NCBI GenBank assembly: GCA_965204725.1
Contig: OZ242005.1
Span: 864,001 to 928,000 of the forward strand
From: Candidatus Latescibacterota bacterium
GTDB lineage: Bacteria > Latescibacterota > UBA2968 > UBA8231
Reading direction: 5' to 3'
DNA: 64,000 nt
Shown here: positions 45,801 to 54,510 of the stretch, in pieces
Position numbering within the stretch: the stretch's first letter is position 1
How the letters are laid out: every line of letters begins with the position of its first letter
The notes under the pieces: generated by a model
What the model saw: the letters and a program-made list of their open reading frames with translations, nothing else
Told to the model about the DNA's origin: nothing
The model's database searches: none
Position numbers and translations under genes: made by a program

Positions 45801-47422
45801 TCTACCGCCTGCCGCGCGACACCCCGCCCTTGTACGAGGGGGGCCTCATCCGCGACCGCGCTTGGCGCGGGATGCAGGATTCCATCTTGGACTACGTGCA
45901 GAGCGCCTTCGGCGACCGCGCCTTGGTCGTGCCGCGCGCCTGGTACTTGTCGCCGGTCGAATCCGAGCGGGCCTTTATCGACTTTGCCGCCACCGCGACC
46001 GGCGCGACCAGTTTTGTCCACGGCTTGGTGGGCCTGCAGCCGGCCGAAGCCCAAGTAACGGGCCTCGACGCGCACCTGTCGGCCGGCCGCTTCTTCGCGG
46101 CGGGCGACGACCGGGCCGTCATCTTGCCCGACAGCCTAGCCGCGCTCGTCGGCATTGGGGCCGCAGAGGTGGGCACCGCGACTATCGAACTCTACGGCGA
46201 GGAGTACCGAGTCATCGGCTTGTTCGACAGCGCAGCCCTGAAAGAAGTGGTCGATCTCGACGGCGAGCGGCTAACGCCTGTGGACACGGTCAAAGACGCC
46301 GGGCTTATCGTGCGAGAGAGCACCGAAGACCCGCGCACCCTAGCCGCGACCGCAGTTGAGACCTTCAACCACCTCGAAGTGGTCAACACCCTCTTCTTGC
46401 CCTATCAGCGCGTCCGCGCCATGGACGGCCGTTTGCGCTCCATCGCCATTGCCGCCGACGCAGACGACCCGGAATTCGTCCGGCGCGTAGAGTCCTTTAT
46501 GTCGCGGGTGGCCCTGACCCTGTTCGTCGGCCAAGGCGATCGCGTCGTGGCGTACAGCTCAATTGGCTCCACCGAAATAAGCGGGGCCGGTCAGCTTTTG
46601 GTGCCCGTGATCATCGCCGCCTTGATCGTGCTCAATACCATGATGGGGGCCGTGTATGAGCGCGTGCGCGAGATCGGCATCTATAGCGTCGTGGGCTTGG
46701 CCCCCAGCCACATCGGCCTGCTGTTCTTGGCCGAATCCACGGTCTTTGCCACCTTTGGCGCGGTGGTCGGCTACGCCTTGGGCCAAATCGCCCACCTGTT
46801 CATGCTGCAATACGGGCTGCTCGCCGGCCTGACGCTCAACTACTCGTCGCTTTCGGCCGTGTGGGCTACGGTCGTCGTCATCGGCACGGTCTATTTATCG
46901 ACCTTGTATCCCGCACGCTTGGCGGCCAACATGGCCGTCCCCGACGTGACGCGGCAATGGCAATTCCCCCCGCCCGTGGGCGATCACTGGCGCTTTGACT
47001 TTCCCTTTACGGTCGGCGGGGCCGAGGTGCCGAGCATGTACGCGTATCTCAAGTCGGTCTTTGTCGCGTACGGCGAAGGCTCCATCGGCGACTTCATCGC
47101 CCGCGACGTCGAGCTATCCATCGCCACCGACGGGCCGGAGCCATCCTACGCCATTGCCATGCGGACTTGGCTGGCCCCCTACGACCTAGGCATCAGCCAA
47201 AAGGTGCGCTTGCAGGCGACGCCCACCGGCGAGCACCGCATCTACAAGATCGAGACTCACATCGAGCGCCTCAGCGGCGACGTGGCCTCTTGGCAGCGCA
47301 TGAATCGCAAGTTCCTCAACGTGCTCCGCAAGCGCTTCCTCGTGTGGCGCACCCTGTCGCCGGGAATTCGCCAAGGGTATCGGGACGAGGCGGAACAGGC
47401 GTTTGCCGAGGCGGGGCCGTAG
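42836..47422 (+). CDS. Giant M28-peptidase-like / FtsX(MacB)-like permease fusion
   Basis: SRVTGYAG, AHYD..APGAENATG (M28-like); ISNLSKRRLRTALT and NTMMGAVYERVREIGIYSVVGLAP..FLAES (FtsX TM domain); 1528 aa. Confidence 0.85.
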   Translation: MLTKFLLAATAAFFLLSVTAFDPATISRWLEQAIGWEPLREAPPTAQASSLREAVAQINAADLARHLRVLTADSSRVTGYAGAARAARYIDGEFRRLGLQVTSEFFPVSVPLDRGGRLRLIGSDETIPIYGLWPNHVRSPSLSPGGVSGPLIDLGRGRLAEMDGKRLAGSIALMGFGSGNAHVQARALGVQAILLYDDGRVTRSEAAEKFLQVPVDIPRFWLEAAGAQFLRQQARTGDVEVHLEARMDWTSVQARNLFAVLPGLAEDMPRGQRREIERWSDQIIVLQAHYDAISVVPALAPGAENATGMAALLEIARLLVAEGTRYTVLFLATPGHFQGLAGVNDFLYRHARESEHFRDQIPPAERIDFRLFVGLDLASHSPRVGSFTMGTFYNSAWRNDDYQKNLMAHYAARFGRYNREIFADSTRYQDAIAPQKRVWKNFMPVRLALDSEAAAFVGKEALSFVTPNQLRQRVDTPLDRLEFVALDNLAEQTRTLAGLMLKAASDPDFFNDTKLTLRDWGHRLEGNIYWFDRDVNFAVPKAPVPKALVTYLQPGPNSVAGVRTLIATHGDENGYFEFDIVRNRFANRIQAFELDEYGRIVSAPDLGEEGDKTYPGTQPYGWWENRMLQVLFRCRALSFLEVVDPRYLSAMDRVNVLGTNDAPPRSFSLNYIENQSAAQDRVVQAGVVFAEPGTRVKILAGESAFGGENALAGVRYMLTNADSALFTDLDPARVDLATIERAQGEGFPIEQGLIPYPALQAARDLWIIDEARIKQMVRHGIVLEQLQAMHEQAREALLAAGDKLAAFDYTGYQRAVRRALGLEARIYPEVKATANDAVRAVIFYFALLLPFAFFCERFFFGFPDVRRQIAGFVGIFVLVFLILRFVHPAFKLSTSPYIIFLAFVILALGVLVIFIVVTRFKGLLQRRKGAAAGMHETDVGRVAAGFAAVLLGISNLSKRRLRTALTAATLTFLTFTVNSFTSVKSSLDFYRLPRDTPPLYEGGLIRDRAWRGMQDSILDYVQSAFGDRALVVPRAWYLSPVESERAFIDFAATATGATSFVHGLVGLQPAEAQVTGLDAHLSAGRFFAAGDDRAVILPDSLAALVGIGAAEVGTATIELYGEEYRVIGLFDSAALKEVVDLDGERLTPVDTVKDAGLIVRESTEDPRTLAATAVETFNHLEVVNTLFLPYQRVRAMDGRLRSIAIAADADDPEFVRRVESFMSRVALTLFVGQGDRVVAYSSIGSTEISGAGQLLVPVIIAALIVLNTMMGAVYERVREIGIYSVVGLAPSHIGLLFLAESTVFATFGAVVGYALGQIAHLFMLQYGLLAGLTLNYSSLSAVWATVVVIGTVYLSTLYPARLAANMAVPDVTRQWQFPPPVGDHWRFDFPFTVGGAEVPSMYAYLKSVFVAYGEGSIGDFIARDVELSIATDGPEPSYAIAMRTWLAPYDLGISQKVRLQATPTGEHRIYKIETHIERLSGDVASWQRMNRKFLNVLRKRFLVWRTLSPGIRQGYRDEAEQAFAEAGP

Positions 47423-47431
47423 GAAAAAGCT

Positions 47432-48427
47432 GTGCGCGAAAAGCCACCCTATACCATCGCGGCGGATATTCTTTTTCGCATTGAACAGATCGGCGAAGCG
47501 ATTGGCCGGGCCGAGGCCGCGGGCCTTGCACGGGATTTGCGCTTGCGGCGCATCAATCGCATCCGCACAATTTGTGGCTCGCTCGCCATTGAAGGCAACA
47601 TCCTCAGCGAGGAGCAAATCTCCACGATTCTCGACGGCAAGCCCGTCGTCGCCCCCCCGCGAGACATTCGGGAAGTCCGCAACGCCATTGCGGCCTACGA
47701 TCAATACCAGCAATGCAGCCCCGCCAGCGAGGCCGACCTTTTACGCATGCACGAAATTTTGCTGACCGGCTTATTGGACGCGCCCGGACAGTATCGCCGC
47801 ACTGGCATTGGCGTTATGGGCGGCGGCCAAGTCCATCACGTCGGCCCGCCCGCCCAGCGTGTACCGCAACTCATGGCGAATTTGTTGGCATGGCTGGGCA
47901 GCACCGATGAGCATCCGCTCATTGCCAGTTCGGTCTTCCACTACGAGTTCGAGTTCATTCACCCTTTTGAGGACGGCAATGGGCGGATGGGGCGGCTCTG
48001 GCAGACGCTGATTCTGACCCGCTGGAAACCCCTGTTCGCCCACATCCCGGTGGAGAGCATGGTAAACATTCGCCAAGGCGACTACTACGAAGCGATCCGG
48101 CAGAGTTCGGCCGCCGGTGAGAGTACACCGTTTATTGGGTTCATGCTGGACATCATTCTGGAGGCCCTCCAATCTTCCGCAATAAGCGACCAAGTAAGCG
48201 ACCAAGTAAGCGACCAAGTAGCGCGGCTCCTCAAGGCACTGCGGACCGGCCCGAAAACCGCCGCTGAACTCATGGCGGCTCTGGGGCTGGCGCATCGTCC
48301 TACACTCCGCAAAAACTACATTCGCCCGGCCCTAGCCGCCGGGCTGGTGGAAATGACCCGCCCGGAATCGCCCACTGCGAAAAACCAAAAGTATCGGCTC
48401 ACTACACGCGGGCGGGAGATGCGCTGA
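47432..48427 (+). CDS. Fic-family protein with C-terminal HTH
   Basis: SLAIEGN; HPFEDGNGRMGR Fic motif; tail PESPTAKNQKYRLT. Confidence 0.92.
   Translation: MREKPPYTIAADILFRIEQIGEAIGRAEAAGLARDLRLRRINRIRTICGSLAIEGNILSEEQISTILDGKPVVAPPRDIREVRNAIAAYDQYQQCSPASEADLLRMHEILLTGLLDAPGQYRRTGIGVMGGGQVHHVGPPAQRVPQLMANLLAWLGSTDEHPLIASSVFHYEFEFIHPFEDGNGRMGRLWQTLILTRWKPLFAHIPVESMVNIRQGDYYEAIRQSSAAGESTPFIGFMLDIILEALQSSAISDQVSDQVSDQVARLLKALRTGPKTAAELMAALGLAHRPTLRKNYIRPALAAGLVEMTRPESPTAKNQKYRLTTRGREMR
48185..48220 (+). repeat. 12-bp tandem repeat x3 (SDQV linker) in Fic
   Basis: agcgaccaagta three exact copies. Confidence 0.95.
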
Positions 48428-48442
48428 TACTCGGCTGCATCC

Positions 48443-48487
48443 TTGACACGGTGCCGCCACAAAAATAGACTTAGCTTAACTTAGCTA
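48443..48487 (+). promoter_or_regulatory. Sigma70-type promoter and likely operator of the vapBC pair
   Basis: TTGACA (48443)-N17-TAGACT (48466), followed by imperfect palindrome tagcttaacttagcta and GGAGG RBS. Confidence 0.7.
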
Positions 48488-48501
48488 TTGGAGGATTCGC
48501 C

Positions 48502-48756
48502 ATGACAAAGGTGAACATGCACGAGGCCAAATCGCAGCTTTCGCGCCTAGGTAAGTTGGCTTGGGCCGGGGAAGAAGTCGTCATCGCCAAGGCCGGCGAG
48601 CCGTATCTGCGGCTGGAACCGTATCGGGAGCGCTTAGAGAAACGTCAGCTTGGTGGGCTAGAAGGAAAAATCTGGCTGTCTCCAGACTTTGACGAGCCCG
48701 ATGAAGAACTCATAGACCTGATTGAGAACTCGAAAATTTTCCCAGATGAGGATTAG
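48502..48756 (+). CDS. Phd/YefM-family antitoxin
   Basis: VNMHEAKSQLSRL..GEEVVIAKAGEP. Confidence 0.9.
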   Translation: MTKVNMHEAKSQLSRLGKLAWAGEEVVIAKAGEPYLRLEPYRERLEKRQLGGLEGKIWLSPDFDEPDEELIDLIENSKIFPDED

Positions 48757-48758
48757 CC

Positions 48759-49139
48759 ATGTCGCGGCTGCTGTTGGATACCCACACCTTTTTGTGGTGC
48801 CTATCCGATGTGGAGCAACTGGCCGAAGATATCCAAGCCGCAATCGTCGATCCGCACAACGACGTTTTCGTCAGCGCGATCACCGGGTGGGAAATCGCGG
48901 TCAAGCAGGCCAAGGGTCGCTTGGTCGCTCCAGACAATCTGCCGCTGTTGATTGAGCAAAGGGGCTTTACCCACCTTCCACTGACATTCCAGCACGCCGA
49001 GCAGGCCGGCAGCCTCCCGCTGCACCACCGGGATCCCTTCGATCGGTTCCTGATTGCCCAAGCTCAGGCCGAAGGGCTGGTCCTCGTGACCCGGGATGGC
49101 CTCATGCGGCGATACGACGTGCCCATTATGAAGGTTTGA
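48759..49139 (+). CDS. vapC: VapC/PIN toxin
   Basis: LLLDTHTFLW..WEIAVK..HHRDPFDRFLIAQA..LVTRD. Confidence 0.92.
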   Translation: MSRLLLDTHTFLWCLSDVEQLAEDIQAAIVDPHNDVFVSAITGWEIAVKQAKGRLVAPDNLPLLIEQRGFTHLPLTFQHAEQAGSLPLHHRDPFDRFLIAQAQAEGLVLVTRDGLMRRYDVPIMKV

Positions 49140-49160
49140 AGCCATGAACGGTCAGCTTAC

Positions 49161-51071
49161 ATGACCGCACGCGCCTTCCTCATCGGCTTGGGCCTCGTGG
49201 TCCTGATCAACATTGGGGCCCCGTACAGCATGTTCATCCTCAAGTCCTCGCAGTGGGCGATCAGCTACCTGCCCTTGAGCGTCGTCTTTCTCTTTACCGC
49301 CTTAGTCTTTCTCAACGCCACGGCCAAGTCGCTGCTCAAAGTGCGCGGCCTGAGCACCAGCGAGCTCGGCCTCGTCTTTACCATGTCCTTAGTCGGGGCC
49401 TCGATTCCCACTTGGGGCACCTCCACGTACATGATCGCGGTCATCGCCGCTCCCCAGTACTTTGCCTCGCCTGAGAATCAGTGGCAGAGCAAGGTCGTCC
49501 AATACATTGAGGAATGGCTCGTGCCCAACGACGCGATTGCCCTCAAGTGGTTTTACAACGGCCTGCCCGCCGGCGAATCCATCCCTTGGGGTGCTTGGAT
49601 CGGGCCGCTTTTTTGGTGGACCAGCTTGGTCATGGCCATCTTCTTTTTGTGTCAGTGCATGGTCGCCGCCCTGCGCAAGCAGTGGGTTGAGTACGAGCGC
49701 CTGCCCTTCGCCCTGATGGAGTTGCCCCAACAACTCATCGACCCGCCGCGCGGCTCGAACTGGCCCGGTTTCGTGCGCCAAAAGGCGTTTTGGTTCGGCT
49801 TTGCCCTGCCCTTCTGCATGGTTATGTGGAACGTGGTCACCTACTTTACTCCGGCCTTTCCGCCTATCCCCCGCGACCTGTCCGACCCCATCCGCATTGG
49901 CCGCGAATTTCCCGCCATTCACACCAACGTCAACTGGGCCATCGTCGGCTTTGCGTACTTCGTCAACCTCGACGTGTCGTTCAGCATGTGGTTCTTCACC
50001 GCGCTCACCATGCTGCAACAGGGGCTGTTCAATCGCTTCGGCTACACCCTTCCCGGCCGCGACGTGTACACCCTCGGGCATCCCGGCATTGGCTGGCAGT
50101 CTTTCGGTGCCCTGATCGCCCTCGTCGCCGGCATGCTGTGGATGGCGCGTGGGCACCTCGGCGCGATCTGGCGCAAAGCGGTGTACAACGATGCGGACAT
50201 CGACGACGCAGACGAGCTGATGTCCTATCGGATGATCGTCTTTGGCGGCGGGCTGGCCCTGCTCTACATCGCCTTTTGGATGGGGCGGGCCGGCATGAAC
50301 CTGCCCACCATCGCGCTCTTTATCTTGGCGACCTTGGTCCTCTACGTCGGCATTACGCGCATCATCATGGAGGGCGGCTTGCTCTTCAGCCGCGCCCCGC
50401 TCGTCGGCCAGACCTTCGTCGGGTACGCGCTCGGGCCGCACGCCACCGCGCAGAGCAACATCGCCCTGGGGCTGTCCTACGGCTGGCACCACGAGCTCAA
50501 GGGCTTTTTCATGGTCGCCGCGGCCAACAGCGCCAAAGTGGCCGGCTCCATCCGCGGCAACCGCCGCTATCTGAGCTTCTACATCCTCCTCTCGGCACTG
50601 GTGGCCCTCGTCGTCTCCATGGCCTTCGCGCTCTACATGGGCTATTCCTTTGGCGCGTACAACTACGGGGGCTGGATCTTCGGCACAGGCTCGCAAGTGC
50701 CCTACGTGGAAAGCCTGCGTAAAATCGATCTCAAGGCCCCGGATTGGACGCGGTTGGGCCACCTCGTCAGCGGCGCGGGCGCGATGGGGCTTTTGACCTT
50801 TATGCGCTACCGCTTCTCGTGGTGGCCCCTACACCCCATTGGCATGCCGGTCGGCATCTGTTCCTACCCCATGACCATTATCGTCTTTTCGATCTTCGTC
50901 TCGTGGCTGGCCAAATGGGCCATCATGCGCTCGGGCGGCATCGGCCTCTATCACCGCGCCCAACCCTTCTTCATCGGCCTCATCCTCGGGTACTTCACCG
51001 CGATTGGCCTGTCCTTTTGCATCGACATGATTTGGTTCCCCGGGCAAGGGCACCCGCTATACGGAAACTAG
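49161..51071 (+). CDS. DUF6785/DUF6784-like polytopic membrane protein (OPT-related)
   Basis: RKQWVEYERLPFAL, many TM helices, RYRFSWWPLHPIG, WLAKW..GGIGLY..PFFIGLILG. Confidence 0.75.
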   Translation: MTARAFLIGLGLVVLINIGAPYSMFILKSSQWAISYLPLSVVFLFTALVFLNATAKSLLKVRGLSTSELGLVFTMSLVGASIPTWGTSTYMIAVIAAPQYFASPENQWQSKVVQYIEEWLVPNDAIALKWFYNGLPAGESIPWGAWIGPLFWWTSLVMAIFFLCQCMVAALRKQWVEYERLPFALMELPQQLIDPPRGSNWPGFVRQKAFWFGFALPFCMVMWNVVTYFTPAFPPIPRDLSDPIRIGREFPAIHTNVNWAIVGFAYFVNLDVSFSMWFFTALTMLQQGLFNRFGYTLPGRDVYTLGHPGIGWQSFGALIALVAGMLWMARGHLGAIWRKAVYNDADIDDADELMSYRMIVFGGGLALLYIAFWMGRAGMNLPTIALFILATLVLYVGITRIIMEGGLLFSRAPLVGQTFVGYALGPHATAQSNIALGLSYGWHHELKGFFMVAAANSAKVAGSIRGNRRYLSFYILLSALVALVVSMAFALYMGYSFGAYNYGGWIFGTGSQVPYVESLRKIDLKAPDWTRLGHLVSGAGAMGLLTFMRYRFSWWPLHPIGMPVGICSYPMTIIVFSIFVSWLAKWAIMRSGGIGLYHRAQPFFIGLILGYFTAIGLSFCIDMIWFPGQGHPLYGN

Positions 51072-51074
51072 CGC

Positions 51075-53057
51075 ATGGCTCAAGACGACAAAAAATCACC
51101 TGAGCTGATTCCCGCGGACCTCAAATTCGAGCCGGGTTTTAACGTCAAGACCTTGTGGGCCGCGCTCTTCGTCGGCTTCATCATGCTGCCCGGGGCCATC
51201 TACTTGGGGCTGGTAACCGGCCAAAGCATGGCGGGCGGCGCCGAGTGGGTGACGCTGATCCTCTTCATCGAAATCGCCAAGCGCTCCTTTGCCCGGCTGC
51301 GCACCCAAGAGGTGATCATTCTCTACTGGGTGGCCGGCGGCTTGGTCGTGATGGGCGGCAAGCTGGGCACTGGGGCCGAGCTGTTTGGCGGGCCTTTTGG
51401 CGGGCTGATCTGGGACCAGTACTTGATTCAATCGCCCCAAGCCGACGGCTTGCACCAGTACATCCCCGATTGGGTGGTGCCACCGCGCGGCTCGCCGGCC
51501 CTAGCCGGACGCTCCTTTTTGCACCCCGATTGGATCAAGCCCATCGCCCTCCTGCTGACCGTCATCGTCATGCAGAAGGTCAACAGCCTGTCCTTGGGCT
51601 ACGTGCTCTTTCGCGTCACCAACGACATCGAGCGCCTGCCGTACCCGCTGGCCGCAGTGCAGGCCGGCGGCGCCACCGCCCTCGCCGAGAGCTCCGGGCC
51701 GAGCCAAGGCTGGCGATGGGAAGTCTTTAGCGTCGGGGCCTTTATCGGCATTGTCTGGGGGCTGTTCTACGTGGTCATCCCCACGATTTCGGGCATTTTC
51801 TTTACCGAAACGGTGACCATCCTGCCGATTCCGTTCATCGACCTGACCGTTTCGATCAAGGAAATGCTGCCGGCGAGCATCATGGGTATTGGCACGGACT
51901 TAGGGCACGTCATGGTCGGCTTTGTCCTGCCCTTTTGGATTGTGGTCGGCTCCTTTGCCGCCGCCTTCCTCGTCAACCTCCTCGTCAATCCGGTGCTCTA
52001 CGCATACGACGTGCTGCACACTTGGGAGCCGGGCATGTCGGCGATCCCAACGCAGATCGCCAACTCCTTCGACTTCTGGCTCAGCTTCTCCATTGGCGGC
52101 GCGGTCGTCGTGGCCCTGATGGGTTTTGCCATGGTCGGCAAGACCTTGTGGACTTTGCGCGGGGTCAAGCGCGCCGAAGACGACGAGCACCTAACCGAGG
52201 GCCGCGGCGACATCCCCATCCCCCTCGCCTTGGGCGTCTGGGCGGTGAGTACGCTCGGCTTCGTGGTTTTGGTGTGGTATTTGGTGCCGGAATTTCCCTG
52301 GTGGATCAGCGCGTTCTTCGGCTTTGTGTGGACGCCGATTTACTCGTACATCGGAGCGCGTATGATCGGCCTGACCGGCTCGCCGCAAGGAGCGTCCTTC
52401 CCCTATCTGCGCGAAGGCTCCTTTTACCTGTCGGGCTATCAGGGCGCGGCCGTGTGGTTCGCGCCGATTCCGCTCTTCCAGTGGGGGTACGAAGCGGCGG
52501 CCTTCAAGCAACTAGAACTGACCCGCACGCACTTCGGCAGCATCGTCAAGCTGGCCGGCGTCACCTTGCTGATCATGTTCGTCTGCTCGTTTGTGTTCTG
52601 GTCTTTTATCTGGAAGTTGGGGCCGATTCCCTCGGCGGCCTATCCCTACGTGCAAAAGTTTTGGCCCTTTCACGCCACCATGCAGGCGTTCTGGGCCAAA
52701 TCGACCCTCGCCGAGGGAGGCAACGAGCTGATCAAGACCATCATTCGCTGGGAATACGTGCTCACCGGCGCGCTGGGCAGCGCGGGGATTTTGGGCGCGT
52801 TGGCCCTGGTGCGCTGGCCGGTCGCCCTGTTTTACGGATTCATCGGCGGCGTGGGCGCATGGCCGCACTTTCTGCTGCCCAACTTCATCGGCGCGTTGCT
52901 GGGCCGCTATCACTTGCAGAAGCGTTTTGGCGCGGCGCGCTGGCGGGCTTACGCGCCGATTCTCTTGGCGGGCTATTCGTGCGGGATGGGATTGGTCGGC
53001 ATGTCTTCCATCGCGCTGGCACTGATTTCCAAAGCGGTGTCGAGCATTGTGTTTTGA
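51075..53057 (+). CDS. OPT-like peptide transporter
   Basis: MLPGAIYLGL..EWVTLILF, DIERLPYPLA, PIPSAAYPY..WP, PILLAGYSCGMG; about 16 TM segments. Confidence 0.75.
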   Translation: MAQDDKKSPELIPADLKFEPGFNVKTLWAALFVGFIMLPGAIYLGLVTGQSMAGGAEWVTLILFIEIAKRSFARLRTQEVIILYWVAGGLVVMGGKLGTGAELFGGPFGGLIWDQYLIQSPQADGLHQYIPDWVVPPRGSPALAGRSFLHPDWIKPIALLLTVIVMQKVNSLSLGYVLFRVTNDIERLPYPLAAVQAGGATALAESSGPSQGWRWEVFSVGAFIGIVWGLFYVVIPTISGIFFTETVTILPIPFIDLTVSIKEMLPASIMGIGTDLGHVMVGFVLPFWIVVGSFAAAFLVNLLVNPVLYAYDVLHTWEPGMSAIPTQIANSFDFWLSFSIGGAVVVALMGFAMVGKTLWTLRGVKRAEDDEHLTEGRGDIPIPLALGVWAVSTLGFVVLVWYLVPEFPWWISAFFGFVWTPIYSYIGARMIGLTGSPQGASFPYLREGSFYLSGYQGAAVWFAPIPLFQWGYEAAAFKQLELTRTHFGSIVKLAGVTLLIMFVCSFVFWSFIWKLGPIPSAAYPYVQKFWPFHATMQAFWAKSTLAEGGNELIKTIIRWEYVLTGALGSAGILGALALVRWPVALFYGFIGGVGAWPHFLLPNFIGALLGRYHLQKRFGAARWRAYAPILLAGYSCGMGLVGMSSIALALISKAVSSIVF

Positions 53058-53100
53058 GGTGTCAATCGGCGAAGCATTGTCAAGGGCATTGTCAAATTAG

Positions 53101-53950
53101 CTAGAAGCTATCTCATAAATACCGTAGCAATATGAGGATACATCCGAGTTGTACAAAGCCGAGGTAGTTTCCAGCATAGTATTCGTATCGAACCACGATG
53201 CGGCGGAAGTTATGCAACCAAGCAAACAGTCTTTCTACTTTCCAACGTCTTTTGTAGCCCCGCAACCGCCGCCCATCCTGGGTTTTGGCTTGCGTGCGAT
53301 TGCGGCGATGCGGGGCGATCATCTCAATGCCTTGGTCGGCCAGGCTCGCATCCAATCGATCCGAGTCATAGGCTCGATCCCCGATGAGTCGTTGCGGTCG
53401 GGGCTGGACCCATCGGTTTTCCAAGGTGGCTTCTACGAGGGTGCCTTCGTGCGGCGAAGCACTTTGGATGGGTACGGCGATAGGAAGACCAGCGCGGTCT
53501 GCCACTGCCATGAGCTTCGTACCTTTGCCCCGCTTGGTCGGACCCACTCGGTCCCCCCTTTTTTCGCCGCGACAAACAGGCCGTCGATGAAACATTCGCT
53601 CACATCAAGGCCCCCGCGCTCATGCAAGTCGTGCGCGAGGGTGCGCAGAATACGCTCCAAGGTGCCATCAGACGACCACTGTTGGAATCGACGATGGCAG
53701 GTCTGGTAGGACGGATAGCGATCAGGCAGGTCATGCCAAGGCGCCCCGGTGCGGAGAATCCACAGAATACCATTGAGCACCGCCCGGTTACAACGCCAAG
53801 GACGACCCCGGCCATCGCGGCGTTTGGGACACGCCGGCCGCAGCGGGGACACGATCGACCACTGGTCATCGGTACGATCCATAAGAGATACCTCCGAAAG
53901 GGAATACCACTAACGTAGCACAGCCAGACTATTTATGAGATAGCTTCTAG
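53101..53950 (-). mobile_element. IS5-family insertion sequence (IS427-group-like)
   Basis: Perfect 21-bp inverted ends ctagaagctatctcataaata / tatttatgagatagcttctag (including CTAG target); split transposase inside. Confidence 0.93.
53113..53882 (-). CDS. IS5 transposase, orfA (53433..53882) + orfB (53113..~53595) joined by -1 frameshift
   Basis: orf[22 protein letters not shown]; orf[26 protein letters not shown]; slippery AAAAAAGGGGGG at 53564..53553. Confidence 0.9.
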
Positions 53951-54315
53951 ATTTTTGGAGCTTTATCGAGGCTAGCTTCGCATGGTTTGAAGAATCGCCC
54001 AAAACAGTTCCTGCATTCGATGACAACATAACGGAATATAAGGAAGAGAAGGACACGTGGCATGACCTCGTGAACGAAGTGGTTAGTGAATGTGGACGAG
54101 AACAAGTGACCCTAAATGTGCTGTTACAAGGTCTCGATCTTCGTTCCAAAACGTCGGTTCCACCTAAGGACTCAGTACCCTGCTTTACTATTCATGCCTC
54201 AAAGGGCATGGAATTCGAGCATGTTTATCTAGTTGGACTAGTGGAAGACCAATTACCGAATTGGGCAGCAGTCAAAAAGGGGGATGATAGCCATGAGATG
54301 CGGTTAGTAAATTGA
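53950..54315 (+). pseudogene. UvrD/Rep-like SF1 helicase C-terminal fragment
   Basis: Frame is open from the IS edge; TIHASKGMEFEHVYLVGL (motif V); motif VI absent before the stop. Confidence 0.75.
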
Positions 54316-54510
54316 GAGATGGATAATTTGTTGTGGAACTGGCGGTTTTTATTACGCCTTAGCGGCTTTCCTTGTCAGTCCTTTTCGGTCATTGGTTCAC
54401 CGCAAGGGTCGGCTGACCCCTGCGAATCGCTTACCTATGAGATAACCCGTGTACTCCGTGCCAAACAGCCCGTGCATTCTTCTGCACTCCGAGCCTGTGT
54501 GCCGTATAAC

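Noticed and set aside
48185-48220. Tandem repeat as CRISPR or phase-variation tract
   Set aside because: No spacers; an in-frame 12-bp linker repeat of a kind common in Fic proteins.
49389-50762. 457-aa antisense ORF (and similar long shadows such as 17771..19021, 23754..24887, 51935..53104, 40879..41922)
   Set aside because: They overlap well-supported genes, have no recognisable motifs, and are expected from stop-codon scarcity in high-GC DNA.
53043-53095. Short gcattgt(caa) repeats next to the IS
   Set aside because: Too short to interpret; not the IS target duplication.
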